Shown: positions 38,234 through 51,914, counted from the whole stretch's first letter. The stretch: 63,454 nt of DNA, filler included, from Octopus bimaculoides (GCF_001194135.2; 6 parts of 5 records of this genome joined end to end with filler, not necessarily neighbours in it), one strand, 5' to 3'. Translations and numbers: made by a program. Notes: generated by a model not told the origin, from the sequence alone.

Positions 38234-39879
38234 GTAAGTATTAAAAGTTTTCAAAACTAAAATATTTATTAATGTTACTCCCATGGTACAGGCTACATTC
38301 CCAGATGACTTCTCATATTCGATAACATGAATCTTTTTTTAGAGAAATTGAACGCATTTTTAATATTCTAAATAATATCACTGTGAGAAGGCAACGTTAT
38401 TAAGCAAAATATTATTGCAAAGGACTTATAAGTGGTGATAAATGTTAGAATTGACACATAGGTATTTTGTTTCATAATTAATATTGGGTCAGTGGTTGTA
38501 AGAATTAATAGTTCTAATTCCTTGCCCAGCCTCGGCGAAATAAATTTAATTTCATCTCACCGAAAGGAAGAGAATGTTTCAGTCGTTTTTGTTTTAAAAT
38601 AACACTTCACATGCGGTGCTTAAGCAGGGCCTTGACTGTCTTAAACAAAATTTTAAATGTTTGAATATTCGTGAAGTACGATGAGCCAGGAAGCAGGAAT
38701 TCTTGTGAAATATTAAATGTGGGTGAATATTTTTTCGGTATCATTTAAGCTTCGGACAAAAAAACCTTGCGGTATTTCTTTCAGATCTTTGCGTTTCCGA
38801 GTTTAGCTTTTGCTTTTCATTCTCCTGGGGTTGAAAACATAAATTACCAACCAAGCACTAGAGTTGATGGTATCAACTAAACACCTTCCCTCAAAATTGA
38901 TGACTTTCTACCTAAATTAGAATCAGGACCATTGTTGTTGTTGGTTGTGCCGAGTTTGCATTTTGCATACAGCGACAACTCCATACGTAAGATTAGCTTC
39001 TGTTGCAGATCTTAATCATTAAGAAATTTCCCTAAGTTCTGAGAGATGTATTGTTGTTTGGAACAAACACTTTGATTTAGAAGTACTGTTTTTCCTTGTA
39101 TTCTGTCACTGCCTTATCTGATCCATTAATCTTGATCTCTCTGTCTCCATCGATTGACATATTTCAAAGTATGTCATTATTTGACATACCATTTTTGTTT
39201 AATTTTTAGTCTTTTCACGATTTCTGTTGTTTCCACTTTCTCCTTACAATTCTGTTATTTCAGCTTCTGTTTTTGTTATTGTTGGCGTCCTTGGAGAAAA
39301 CAGCGTTTTGCTTTGTTCATACAAGTAGCATTTTGTATTATTTTCCTGTTATTCATTTCTAGTCATTTTCATAGCCTTACGGCGCATATTTTGTAGCTTC
39401 ATAGTTATGCAAAAACTTTTTCAGTTCACGGAAAAAATAATCTTTGTTAGATTTTTGGAGGTTCTTTCTATATGAGGTCATTCGCTCTCATTCTTTTTCT
39501 GTCATATGTTACTAATCATTTACAATATTACAATTATAGCTGATTATTACGATGGCTTGAGTATTGTAGCCTGTTACTGAAATTTTTACATTTTGCTCTG
39601 TTTTAAGCATTAATCTAATTCGTTTGTCATATATCTCTTTAGCATTTTCTTTCATTGATGTGGCACTTGGATGTCATTGTTCTTTTATTTCTGTTTAACA
39701 AGTTTAATAAGAATAAATAATGTGCTAGCGTCGATTCAATCGACAATACATCTCCTCTAGAAATGTTTAATTCTGTGATAAAAATTAGATGGTATCGACA
39801 AACTAATTAATGTTACTATTGTTATTATTATTAGCTTTAGTAAAACATAAGTATTCAAAGGAGAATCTTTCTTTTGCAG

Positions 39880-40443
39880 GTTGTATTGGAAAAGCAGCAA
39901 ATATAATGCTGTTGATGGATTCATCTAGCAGTATTTGGATTGTGGATTACAAAAAGCAATTAGATTTTGCACAAAACCTAGTTGACAACTTCGATATTGG
40001 TACATCTGACACACAAGTTAGAATGGGAGCGATCACATTTAGTAATAGAGCTCATTTAGAATTCTCTATAGACAAATATACTGACAGCAGGAATCTAAAG
40101 AGAGCTCTTGGCAACATTCCTTACAGATCCGGACAAACGAACACAGCTGAAGCTTTACAATTGTTGAAAAAAGAAATACAGCCCAAGCTAAGTATATATA
40201 AATCACCTTTCATGGCAATCGTCATTACAGACGGCAGGTCACGTGATACGATGGCAACATCACTGGCAGCCAAGAAATTGCACGAATTGGGTGTTCATGT
40301 TTATGCGATTGGCGTCGGAAGCAACTGTGATATCAACGAATTAAGATCAATAGTGAATGACCGGAATAAGAATGTACGTCTCGTAGACAGTTATTCAGCG
40401 TTACAAGGAATTGCAATATCATTTGGGGTAAAAACATGTCGAG
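39880..40443 (+). CDS. vWA/mucin-like protein, exon 3 (von Willebrand factor A domain, intact MIDAS)
   Basis: Acceptor cttttgcag, donor G|gtgaga, 564 nt; DSSSS (DxSxS), GQTNT, ITDGRS; flanking Cys residues (CIGK..KTC). Confidence 0.93.
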
Positions 40444-40563
40444 GTGAGAGTCAATTTATTTTACTTTATTTTTATTTTACAACCTTTGTAATGCTATTGA
40501 GAACATCAGAATATAAGGAAAATATAATGTTCTTATTAATATTATTGGAGGTCGTGACACAAA

Positions 40564-41461
40564 TACGAGGTCTGATCAATAATTATCCGCAATGTTGCCA
40601 TAATAACGAAGCTGAAACACGCTGAGTGAAGCTGCTTGCACAGATTGACCTTGAACTCTGTTGTGTATGAGTTCTAAGTTTTAACGTTCGAGCTCACTTG
40701 CGCTGTTTTCAACAGCGCTTGGAACGAAGGTATGTAGCGTACGATCGTCGCATTGACCATGACAGAAAGTTGTTATGGCGATACCTGCTCAGAGGCCTAC
40801 GCAAAGTTGCAGAATGTGTATGGAGAGGTGTGCATGAGCTGCACATAAATGTACGAGTGGTTCAGACGCTTCCAAGATGGTCGAAAAAATGTCGATATTG
40901 ATGAACGTTCTGGGAGACCCGCAACCAGCAGAACTGAGAAAAACATCGCAGATATTGGTGCAGCTGTGAGGGGAAATCGTCGAATCACCATCCGTTAGTT
41001 CTCAGAGGATGTGAAGATTAGTTACGGTTCAGTTCAGTCCATTATCACTGAAGATTTGGGTATGAGATGCGTGTCTGCCAAGTTTGTGTGAAAACTGCTT
41101 TTAGCTGACCAAAAAGACACTCGGGTTTCAGTTGCACAAGATCTCCTTGATTGTGTCGAGAACGGTGAAAACTTTTTGAAAACTTTGCGTAGACCTCTGA
41201 GGAGGTATCGCCAAGCTTTTGGCAAAATTTGATGCAAATTCTCTGCTCAACTTTCTCTGTAATGGTCAATGCGATGATCACACGTAACACAACTTCTATC
41301 AAAGCTCTGTTGTAGATAGCGGAAGTGAGCCAGAACATTAAACTTAGTGCACATGCACAGCAGCAGAGTTAAAGGTCAATCTGTGTCAAGCAGCTTTACA
41401 CTGCGTGCTTTAGATTCGTTACTATAGCAATAGTCGGGATACATTTTGATCAGACTACGTA
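40564..41461. mobile_element. TA-flanked mariner derivative built from two inverted 5' ends
   Basis: TA-CGAGGTCTGATCAA...TTGATCAGACTACG-TA; both arms encode the transposase N-terminus in opposite directions. Confidence 0.85.
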
Positions 41462-42106
41462 GATAAAATATAAACATGCATGAAATTATCAAATTATCAT
41501 AAAATTATCAAAACTTGATGTACTAAAAATGCAATTCTTGCCAAAGATTTATTTTTAATAATTTACAGTGCCATGTTTTATATTTGATAATTTTCAGTAA
41601 AACAGAAATAGAAATAAGCACATTGTAGGGATCTTAAATACACACTTGTTCACTAATCAATGCATTCAAATAAAGCATTTCATTAGAAAATTTGAGTTGC
41701 TGATTAGATTTTGAGCGAACTATCACTTACACAAACTTGACAGAGACTGAAGTGTTTTACACTAAAAACTGCGATATCTCCATAGTTTAATGTTTAACAC
41801 GTTTTTATACAATTAAGAAATATGGTTAACTTGCTGTCAAAGAGAGATCACTCAATTTTCCTTTCAAATTTCATGTATCAGTTTGAATATTAGATCGCAA
41901 CTAAATGTATATAATGTGTATTTAAGATTCTTACATTTCATATATCTGTATGAAATTAACTTATAATCTTTGAAAATATCAAAACATACACTAATCATAG
42001 AATGATTCTTAATTGCTGAGCAGTTTTTGATATTCCTATATTAAGAATTTTCTTTCACATGGCTTTATATGAAACAGAATTAACAAATGAATGATTTATT
42101 TTACAG

Positions 42107-42673
42107 ATATCACCACAACTTCATCACAATCACCATCAACAACAGTAAAAACATCTTCGACAACTTCTATACCAACAACGACGAATGTGGTAGCTACAAG
42201 CACGAAAATTAGAACTTCCAATGGTCCAGCTATAAGCACTCAACCTGGAACCACTACAGAACTTGAAATAACAATGAATGCAGAAAAAGCTAAAAAGCTT
42301 AAAAGTGTTACTGAGCATGAGACAATTTTAGTCACAAGCACGGGGACTGGCGTAATTATAGAACCCGAAAAAACAATGAAAACAGTACCTGATACAGCTA
42401 GCACAGTTCTTAAGACAACAAACGAGGAAGAAACGACCATGGGACTTGAGACAACAATGGAAATAAATAGGACCACAAACTCTGAAACAGCTCCTTTTTC
42501 TGAGAATACAATTGCAGAAAGTGAAAGTACAATGGAAGCCAGGAAAATAACTATAGCGCCTATAAAAGCAGAACATTCAATGGCTACTGACTTACTAACC
42601 ACTTCCTCAATGACAACTACGACACTGAAATCCGGTTCTGAAAATTCTGCTGAAATTCAAAAAGACGAATCTA
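42107..42673 (+). CDS. vWA/mucin-like protein, exon 4 (Thr/Ser/Glu-rich mucin-like linker)
   Basis: Acceptor ttttacag, donor A|gtgagt, 567 nt, phase 1 to 1, open; DITTTSSQSPSTTVKT... Confidence 0.88.
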
Positions 42674-42814
42674 GTGAGTAGTGAAAATTATGCATCTTCT
42701 TGTAAGTGTAGAAGTCTGTTTAGTAGAGTTAATTATGTTTACGCCTGAAAATAAAGTGTTTCACGTGTAAAACAATAAAATAAAACGATTAAGTAAAAAC
42801 TGCTAAATGCGGGC

Positions 42815-43075
42815 CTGGGATCTGGGATTCGATGCAGCAAGTATGATTACAGGTGAAGAGACGAGTGTGTCGGGGGTGCCTAGATGAAAGAAATGTGAAA
42901 CCAGCCAACTTCAATGAACAGAGGCCATGATAGTAGCGATATAAAAGACGGATAGAGAAGTCAACATGCTTGTGGCCAGAGGCTGAATTTCATCCAGATC
43001 ATATGTGTGCATTGCAGTAGCACCACCCTACAAGTGGGAGCAGTACTCCAAAGTCAGCCTTACTTGAGCCTTGTA
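42815..43075 (-). mobile_element. CR1-like LINE C-terminal fragment
   Basis: EYCSHL*GGATA..LQPLA..SLSVFYRYYHGLCS..LAG..RHPRHTR is typical of CR1/Zenon C-termini. Confidence 0.7.
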
Positions 43076-43970
43076 AATTGAGCAAAACAATTAAAAATGT
43101 TCATAGATTTATGCTCCTTTTAATATATTTTGATCACATTTCTACAAGGTTGTAAATTGTATCTTTTGATTTCTCATTATTTATTAATGCAACTCTACTG
43201 GGACTATGACTGTGACTAGGTCGCAGATATGTGACGAAAATGTTTGGCATCTCATGAAATATATCTAAAATTTAAGATGAATTTAAAAGCTTTGTTCGTT
43301 ATTAATTAGCTGAAATGGCTCATCCACGATGTACTTCCTTCGGGTTCAACATCCGACCTCAAATTGCATCTCTTGCAAAACCAATACAATTCCAATTTTA
43401 ATATTTTTAAAATAAAAATGCATTCAGATATTGAAATGCAAAATTATCATCCAATTTAGTATTGATATATATGTACTTAACATATATTCTGAAATACTAT
43501 CTTAAAATTACTTTAATATACGATATAAACTGTAATAATATAGGATAGTATAGAACAATATCTGGGAAATTTGATGTTTTGCATAACCACAGTATTTCAA
43601 ATTTATAGGAGAGAAAAATTAGATTAGAGTTAATGTATTTTCATGAGCGGTAAAAGCATTCCTGAAGTGAAATGGTCCTCAGTTCTTTGGAACAACTTTA
43701 CAATATTGAAAACTATAAATCATTCAACAGTCATAATTGATGTTAAATCTCTGATAGATTTTCACATTTGGTTGATTGCTTCTAATTCGACAAAACGCGC
43801 TGTAACTGGCATTTTTGTCTTCATATTAAATGCGTTTTAAACGATGCAAAAATTCAAAATTGAACGCATTCATTGAATGTTTAGTTAGAAATCCCAAATA
43901 TGAATTTTGCTGTGATTATTTAAATATTATTCGTGATTTAATGCAATTTAATTTTATCTTCTTTTTACAG

Positions 43971-44530
43971 GTTCAATTGTCTTCGGATATGACCTCTTAT
44001 CAATGGGTGCATACCGAGCAAATATGATTACTCAATTTATTAATGCTGTTATAGCGTATACTGGATACGACAATTTTGCTGTTTTATCTTTTACACATTG
44101 TCCAGAATCCTTTAACGTACCAGCTACAGCAGTTAAATCTTCACAAGGAAGTGCTTTTAACCAAAATGTAAAAGTAACTGTGCCAAATTTATCTGATTTG
44201 ATTCGAGAAATAAGAGAAAAATATCAACACGAGCAATCAAATAAAGTCGGACCTCAGACAGCTGTTCTGTTTCTAGACCCGTCTGTAACTGTACTTACAC
44301 CAGATGTTGTGGACGAAACGCAAAAGCTAAAGGATGTAGGATTTACAGTGTACATTGTGACTGTTGGCTGGAAAGAATGGCCGATACCTGAAGTAATCTA
44401 TATGATGAGCAGTAAACCTTACAAAGCTCACCTTTTCAAGGCGCCTACGTATAGCAGATTATTGTACAAGGCCCGATATATGCCTTTTCAATTCAAGAAA
44501 TTACGTAACAAAAAGCGAAAGCATCAATAA
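43971..44530 (+). CDS. vWA/mucin-like protein, exon 5 (degenerate vWA-like domain, stop)
   Basis: Acceptor ctttttacag, phase 1; IVFGYDLLSM..TAVLFLD..KLKDVGFTVYIVTVG..MSSKP retains vWA strand/helix patterns but lacks DxSxS; ends KKRKHQ*. Confidence 0.85.
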
Positions 44531-44603
44531 TGTAATGAACAACACAATCCACTATCAGATACGCGCACACACACACACATATGCACAAACACACACACAT
44601 GCA

Positions 44604-44650
<47 letters not shown>

Positions 44651-44804
44651 TCGCAACCACAGGCATTCGCACACATGCACACCAAAACAGTGCTCAATAC
44701 AAATCTATTGAGGATAGCGTGTTAAGGTTTTATATCAGTTTATGCGAAATATGGCTAGCATCAAAACCTTAATAGCTTACATGTGTTAATATGCNNNNNN
44801 NNNN

Positions 44805-44845
<41 letters not shown>

Positions 44846-47105
44846 TCATATATAAAACACAAAAAACAACTCGGTATTTTAAACATGATATAACTAATTT
44901 ATTTTGGTTAAATATGTAATTAATTTGATTCTATCCACACATACATTTACAAATAAATACGTAAATCTAAATATTATTTAAATAACAGCGTACTTAAGAA
45001 GTTTACTTCACAACTTCGGGGTCACTTAGGCCTGTACTTGATTAACTTAGGGCAGGTCACCTGATCATAATGTATGTTGTGATGAGATTCGAACCATCAA
45101 CTGAACCTAAAATGAACACTGACGATATGTCCAAGTATTGCATAAGTAAATGTTTAACTAATATATATANNNNNNNNNNNNNNNNNNNNNNNNNNNNNNN
45201 NNNNNNNNNNNNNNNNNNNNNNNNNNNNNNNNNNNNNNNNNNNNNNNNNNNNNNNNNNNNNNNNNNNNNNNNNNNNNNNNNNNNNNNNNNNNNNNNNNNN
45301 NNNNNNNNNNNNNNNNNNNNNNNNNNNNNNNNNNNNNNNNNNNNNNNNNNNNNNNNNNNNNNNNNNNNNNNNNNNNNNNNNNNNNNNNNNNNNNNNNNNN
45401 NNNNNNNNNNNNNNNNNNNNNNNNNNNNNNNNNNNNNNNNNNNNNNNNNNNNNNNNNNNNNNNNNNNNNNNNNNNNNNNNNNNNNNNNNNNNNNNNNNNN
45501 NNNNNNNNNNNNNNNNNNNNNNNNNNNNNNNNNNNNNNNNNNNNNNNNNNNNNNNNNNNNNNNNNNNNNNNNNNNNNNNNNNNNNNNNNNNNNNNNNNNN
45601 NNNNNNNNNNNNNNNNNNNNNNNNNNNNNNNNNNNNNNNNNNNNNNNNNNNNNNNNNNNNNNNNNNNNNNNNNNNNNNNNNNNNNNNNNNNNNNNNNNNN
45701 NNNNNNNNNNNNNNNNNNNNNNNNNNNNNNNNNNNNNNNNNNNNNNNNNNNNNNNNNNNNNNNNNNNNNNNNNNNNNNNNNNNNNNNNNNNNNNNNNNNN
45801 NNNNNNNNNNNNNNNNNNNNNNNNNNNNNNNNNNNNNNNNNNNNNNNNNNNNNNNNNNNNNNNNNNNNNNNNNNNNNNNNNNNNNNNNNNNNNNNNNNNN
45901 NNNNNNNNNTATATATATATATATACACTTAAGTGGCAATATACTACACTTTATCGTGCAGTTACTGTTAATACTTCATTTAGAGAATTAACATTGCTTA
46001 TATATATATATATATATATATATATACAAACACATTTATGTATAGTATAAATAAAACGATAAAATATATCAAATATATTATAATATAGCAATTAAAACCT
46101 AAAGGCAAATAAACAAGGGTGCAAAAATAGTATCAGCATTATCAGCGATGCTGGTTTATTAATTTTATGTTGTGTGTGCTTGCTTGTGTTTGTCTACCAC
46201 TACATGACAACCGGTGTACCTTTGTTTACATTCTGTAACTTGAGGATTCAGACTAACAGTGTAAATATTAGATTTGAAATAATTCCTAGAATCGATTAGA
46301 TCGAGAAAAAGTAGATAGATTCATAGATGGATAAATACTCTGCTATTTTGTATATATATATATACACATATATATGTATGTATGTATTATGCATGTATGT
46401 ATAATATATATGTGTATATGTGTATGTATGTTTGTATGTACGTGTGTGTTTATGTGTGTGTATGTTTGTGTGTGTGTTTATGTGTGTATGTGTGTGTGTA
46501 TGTGTATGTGTGCGTGTATTCATTGCCACTAATTGCACGTTTGATATTGTCTCGATTCGATGATATCGGATCCACTACTTAATTAGTACTTTATTTTATC
46601 AAGGCCAGAAGGATGAAAGGCAAAGTTTACCCGAGCAATATTTGAACTCAGAAAGTAAAGGTACAGAACTAAATACAAATAATATTCATAAAAATAACGA
46701 TAAATGCAGCCATGTGAATATATAAATATAATCGCATATAGAAGCATTCACTCACGAACATATCAATGTAGATATTCTGCGATGTTTTATATATTTGACA
46801 TTTACTTCGCTTAGCTCATATAATTCATGTTAACCACAAATGAGAAAATAGTAATGTTTGTACGTTTCTCAAAATCGTTCTGTTTTATATGATTCCATTC
46901 TAATTATCTTTTATATTTTTGCAAAACACCCTGATATATTTTTCTAAAAAAAATAAAATTAAAATAGCATGTTTGTGCTTACTGTGTCTTTATACATGCT
47001 CTCTGTCTATTTTATACCCACAGAAATACTTATTACATACTACTTACCACTTGCACATGTACATATACATACATGCATACATGTATATATATATATATAT
47101 TACAA

Positions 47106-47180
47106 AGTGACTGAAGGTCTGAGAGTTTCGTGCGTCTTGATAGAGGCCAACGCACGAAACTCTCGGGGCCTTTAGTCACT
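47106..47180. repeat. Palindromic hairpin element (~30-bp arms, 14-nt loop) beside (TA)n
   Basis: agtgactgaaggtctgagagtttcgtgcgt ... acgcacgaaactctcggggcctttagtcact. Confidence 0.85.
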
Positions 47181-47220
47181 GTTCTGCTAAATATTTGAAT
47201 ATGTATTTGTGTATCTATGT

Positions 47221-47277
<57 letters not shown>

Positions 47278-47664
47278 TTGTACACATACATTTACTTGAA
47301 TAAATACATGGACACACATGGATATATGCATTCACACACTTATAATTCTTGTGTAGATAAACATCGTACTTACACACTTGCATAGTCCTTGCATGTGTCT
47401 GAGTATACATTCTTTCTCGTGTCAAAAGTGTCATCATCCATAAATGTAGTTAACACTTGTCACGTTTTAGTCTGTAACATTCCATTCATCATACTGTAAG
47501 ATCTTTTAGAAGATTTCATTTACATAAAATCAGATAATAAAATAATATTTATCAAAATCAGCAAATCACTTAGGTTAATTACTCTGAGAGGTCATCCACA
47601 TAAATTGTTATAGTTAATTATATTTAATATAGGGAACATTATCTATATAATTACACATTATCAT

Positions 47665-48195
47665 TCGAGAAGGAAAAGACATCTTTAGCTCAATGGCTAA
47701 CATGAATTCAATCCATTCGGTAAATACGGTAAATAACTCTGGACTCCGGACATGTTTTAATCTTTTCGGACGTTTTCAGAGTAGCGTATACTTCACCGTA
47801 TTAGTTGAAGTACAAATGAGTAAACAATTAAGTAAATGTACCACGCCGACGAGGGATATGCGTGAGAATTTAGATAAAACAGTAGACCTAATCATTGCGG
47901 TGAAAAATACGTTAACTCTAACATAACTAATGTCTTTTTTTTTTTCAAGTGGATGATATTTCTGAGGAATGAACCGCCGGAATTTTTCTTTAAATATACT
48001 GACATTTTGTTAAAAAAAATTTCCTGTTCAATGTTGTTCGTCTATTTAGTCATCACTACTTTGGCAAATAATAAGATATGCGTTCTTCACTGAAGAATAA
48101 TGGTACCGAAACGTGCATGAACTGTTAATCATGTCTACCGGAACGATTAAAATAAATGTGATTAATGTTTGAGCTAATGATGTCTTTTTCTCATC
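47665..48195. mobile_element. Old fold-back element with degenerate hammerhead-like core
   Basis: Terminal inverted match aaagacatc.ttagctcaa (about 47675 and 48170); right arm holds TTCA-CTGAAGA..GAAACGT..TGAA; a decayed mirror lies near 47770. Confidence 0.45.
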
Positions 48196-48728
48196 GCATA
48201 TTTATTTCTTAACAAGAATTTTTGTATGCTCAATGTATTAAACATATTATCACTAACTTAATATTTATATAGTCAGATAATACTGACTCAAAATTTTACT
48301 TGAATAAAGACTTTAAATATTTTTATTATTCCTTTACCAATGTTGTTTTATTTTCTATCAACCTTTATCATCTGACAATGGCATATATTTATTTCTCTTT
48401 ACTGTAATCTTAGAATTAATAGAATCAAAAAAAGCAACTGCAAAGTATTTTCGCATCCGTGCGTTGTATACAAATCTGCAAAACAATTAATCGTTTACAT
48501 ATAGGCGCAGGTATTGCTGAAGTTTGCTTTCCAACCACATAGTTCCGGGTTCAGTCCCACTACGCGGTTAAGCAGAGGAAGTATAGTTGACGTGAGAAGC
48601 AAAACGGCAAAGAGGAGGGACAGAGAGAGGAGATTCAGATCGCTGACAGGTAAGACAAATATAACGCGTTAAACGCAAGAGGATGGGTGACAGGTAAGGA
48701 GACATAGAGCAGGGAGAGGGGATGGAGG

Positions 48729-48767
<39 letters not shown>

Positions 48768-48899
48768 TTACAGGGATAGATTGAGTGAAGGAAGGCAGTG
48801 AAAGACAATGAAACCGTTCTCATATAGTCATAGAAAAAACGTTGGAAAAATATATGATAAAGCAGTTGAAAATATGGAAATTGCAAAAAGAAATGTTGC

Positions 48900-48957
<58 letters not shown>

Positions 48958-48989
48958 GTCTGTNNNNNNNNNNCAAAAAGAAATGTTGC

Positions 48990-49047
<58 letters not shown>

Positions 49048-49820
49048 GTCTGTCTGTCTGTCTGTCTATCTATATATCTATCTACCTCAAACAACACTCA
49101 AGTTGATTAGCAGTACAGGAAAACTCACGGAAGGAGTGGCACTCACTGATTACAGGTCGTACCAGTTAAAAACAAAAGGCATCAATGGTCAAACCTCTTG
49201 GACTACAGGTGATACCAGTTAAAAAGAAAACCCTCAACGCTCACACCTCCTGGGGATGTGGAAGTGAGCATTGTGCAGTGTGCTTGTATATGAACTGTCG
49301 AATTTTAAAAATATCAAATTATATTGTCTAAAAACTTATGATTATTAGTAGTACAACACAAAAATGACAAAAATTATTCTATATTTAAATATGGTCACTA
49401 TTTAATATGCTTACATTTAATATTTTACGTATGCTTACATATGGTCACTATTTAATATGCTTACGTTTTATATTTTGTACAATTTCCCAGGGTCCTGCTT
49501 AGATATAATTATTCTATATTTATTAAATGAAGTCACTATTTACAGATGCTTACATTTTTTTATATTTTCCGTGAAGTTTTAACGAGTCCAGCTAGTTTTT
49601 GAATAATTTGAATAATTTGAAACGTAAGGTAGATATTTTATTTAATACATTTTGTATACACATACCTCACTGTGAAAAGTAAACGAAATGGTTCCACCTC
49701 AAGTCTCATCTCTTCATTGGCAGGAATAGGATTCAGACTCATTACTTGTCTTGTTAAACCTTCACTAGTGAAAAATATCACATTTTCCTGAATTTAACAT
49801 TCGAGAGGGAGAGAGAGAGA

Positions 49821-49899
<79 letters not shown>

Positions 49900-51914
49900 G
49901 CTATGCACCACGGTTTTATTCCGAAATCTCGCAATAGTTCTTCACCTTCACTATGCACTTTGCGAAGTTGTTAGATTTTATACAGTAGTGTTTGGGTAGA
50001 TTTTATTAAAAAAACATCGTTTTCGACTTAGACGAAACCCTAACCTTAGCCCTAACCAATATTTCTTATATTAACATTTAGCATTATTAATGATCTTTTT
50101 GTATGTAAGTAGGAAAATGTAAATGTCTAAGATCTTGTAAAGATTAAATGTTACAAGTTTCTAGCTAAATAAGAAAATCAAAATCCACAGGGAATATTTA
50201 ACGTCAAAACATTTCCAATAACCAAAAAGTTACCAGATTAAAATTGCAACCACAGCATATCCTATTCAGAATAGGTCCATTTTCGAGAAAGCCTGATCTG
50301 AAATATTTGCCAGCATTTACAGAAATTTTAACAACTCTTAACATGGTTGAGTTTTCATCCATAAAGTGTGTTTTCATGCTATCTAAAACATTCCACGAAA
50401 ACTTTAATCGCCGTTATTTGCAAATTTGGCATCGGCGACATTAGTGTTACCAACTGTATTTATGGAGAAACCAGAGAACCGATGGAACAAAATGAAATTA
50501 AATTTAACAAAATGCTTGTCCCATCTCCAAATATTCCCCAGTCAAATAAAAATAAACACTTTACCTATAATTTTGCAGTTTCATCAGATTTTGAAAAGCC
50601 ATTACAAGGAAATGGGTTATAATCAAATTAGAACTCCATAAATTTAATTATAACTGTAGAAAAACGAAAAAGAATCTTCTAGAAGTGTCAGTTTAATTTA
50701 ACGGTCGGTGAAACATGGCTCTGAGAAGAGTTTTCTTTACATTAATTACATGTGATGACATAGGAAAATCAAGATTTCAGTTTCAGAGGAATTATTTCTT
50801 GAAACGATCCTGAAAGTCATATGCTTTTTTTGTTTTAAACATTTCCGTGAATAATGACGTGCACTGAGTTACGCAGAAACTTAATAAATACAGACGGCCA
50901 TACACATAACTTCACATACATTAGTATTTCGAAATAAACTATGCCTGTATTTTATTTTCATTTCTTATTTTCATATTTCATCTTTTATATTTTATCGTTT
51001 ATTTTATTCATAATATGTGTGTGCTTACGCTTATGTTTACAAATGAAAAAGTACTAGAAAGATTATATAACGTCTAAGGATTGGTTGATTCACCCCGTTA
51101 CTACTTAGAATTTTACGAGAGTAGCACATGCACGATCGACCAGGCAATATTTGTTAAGTGAATGAAACTATATCATTGCAAGCCACTAGTTACATCGATT
51201 CTCATTGGTCAAAGCGAGTCAGAATATCGAATATGTGATAAGATATTCATGCTAACCGTAGTCCCTCTATGTAAAGAGAAATAAACTTATCCTTATCGTC
51301 AAGGAGCAGAGACACGGCAACAGTTGAATCTGTTAACGGTTTGAATCATTGGATCGTGTATTTTTGGAGCCATGGAAACAGTGCAAGAGATCTTCAGCAT
51401 CCTTTGAGCACCTTTGTAGTGTCAGTATCCTTTGAGCACCTTCCCAACCATGTTCTCTGAGTTTACGGACAAACTGAGACCAGGATGTAGAGTTTTGCTG
51501 CGTCCTTGACTTGAATCAGTGTAGATGCAGGTAATAAGGAATTTTAAATGCATTTGTGGTGATTCCCGTTTATTTGATTTAAAACCATTTGAGGCTGTAA
51601 CTGATGTTTATATATTGCTGTTTTTGAAAGGAAAGATCCTGTAAGTAGGAAATTAGGGGAACAGAATTTGTGCAGCTACAAGCTCGTTATTTGGGTGGAG
51701 GCTGTTTAGGTATGTGACCCAAAACGTGGTATTATCCAAAGAGGGATACCTAACCTTAAAGTTATTGCTATTGAACAGTTCAGTTTATTCAAATGTCGAT
51801 GGTGTTAGTTTTGTGAAGAAAATTTCTAAACTAAAGCATGTTGCATTTTTTCTTCGTAGTTTTCTTTAGCCCGCGATCAGCTCTAAATAAGCCGACCAGT
51901 GATCAAGTCTAACA

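Noticed and set aside
39810-40625. ORF-track protein of 271 aa as a single-exon gene
   Set aside because: Its N-terminal 23 and C-terminal ~60 residues are intron read-through; splice sites at 39880 and 40443 bound the vWA domain exactly.
42240-42602. Hydrophobic 120-aa minus-strand ORF
   Set aside because: Antisense shadow of the Thr-rich exon (ACN codons give V-rich reverse frames).
48884-49060. Apparent tandem duplication of caaaagaaatgttgcc-(TATC)n
   Set aside because: The two copies flank a 10-N gap; this is most likely unmerged overlapping contig ends.
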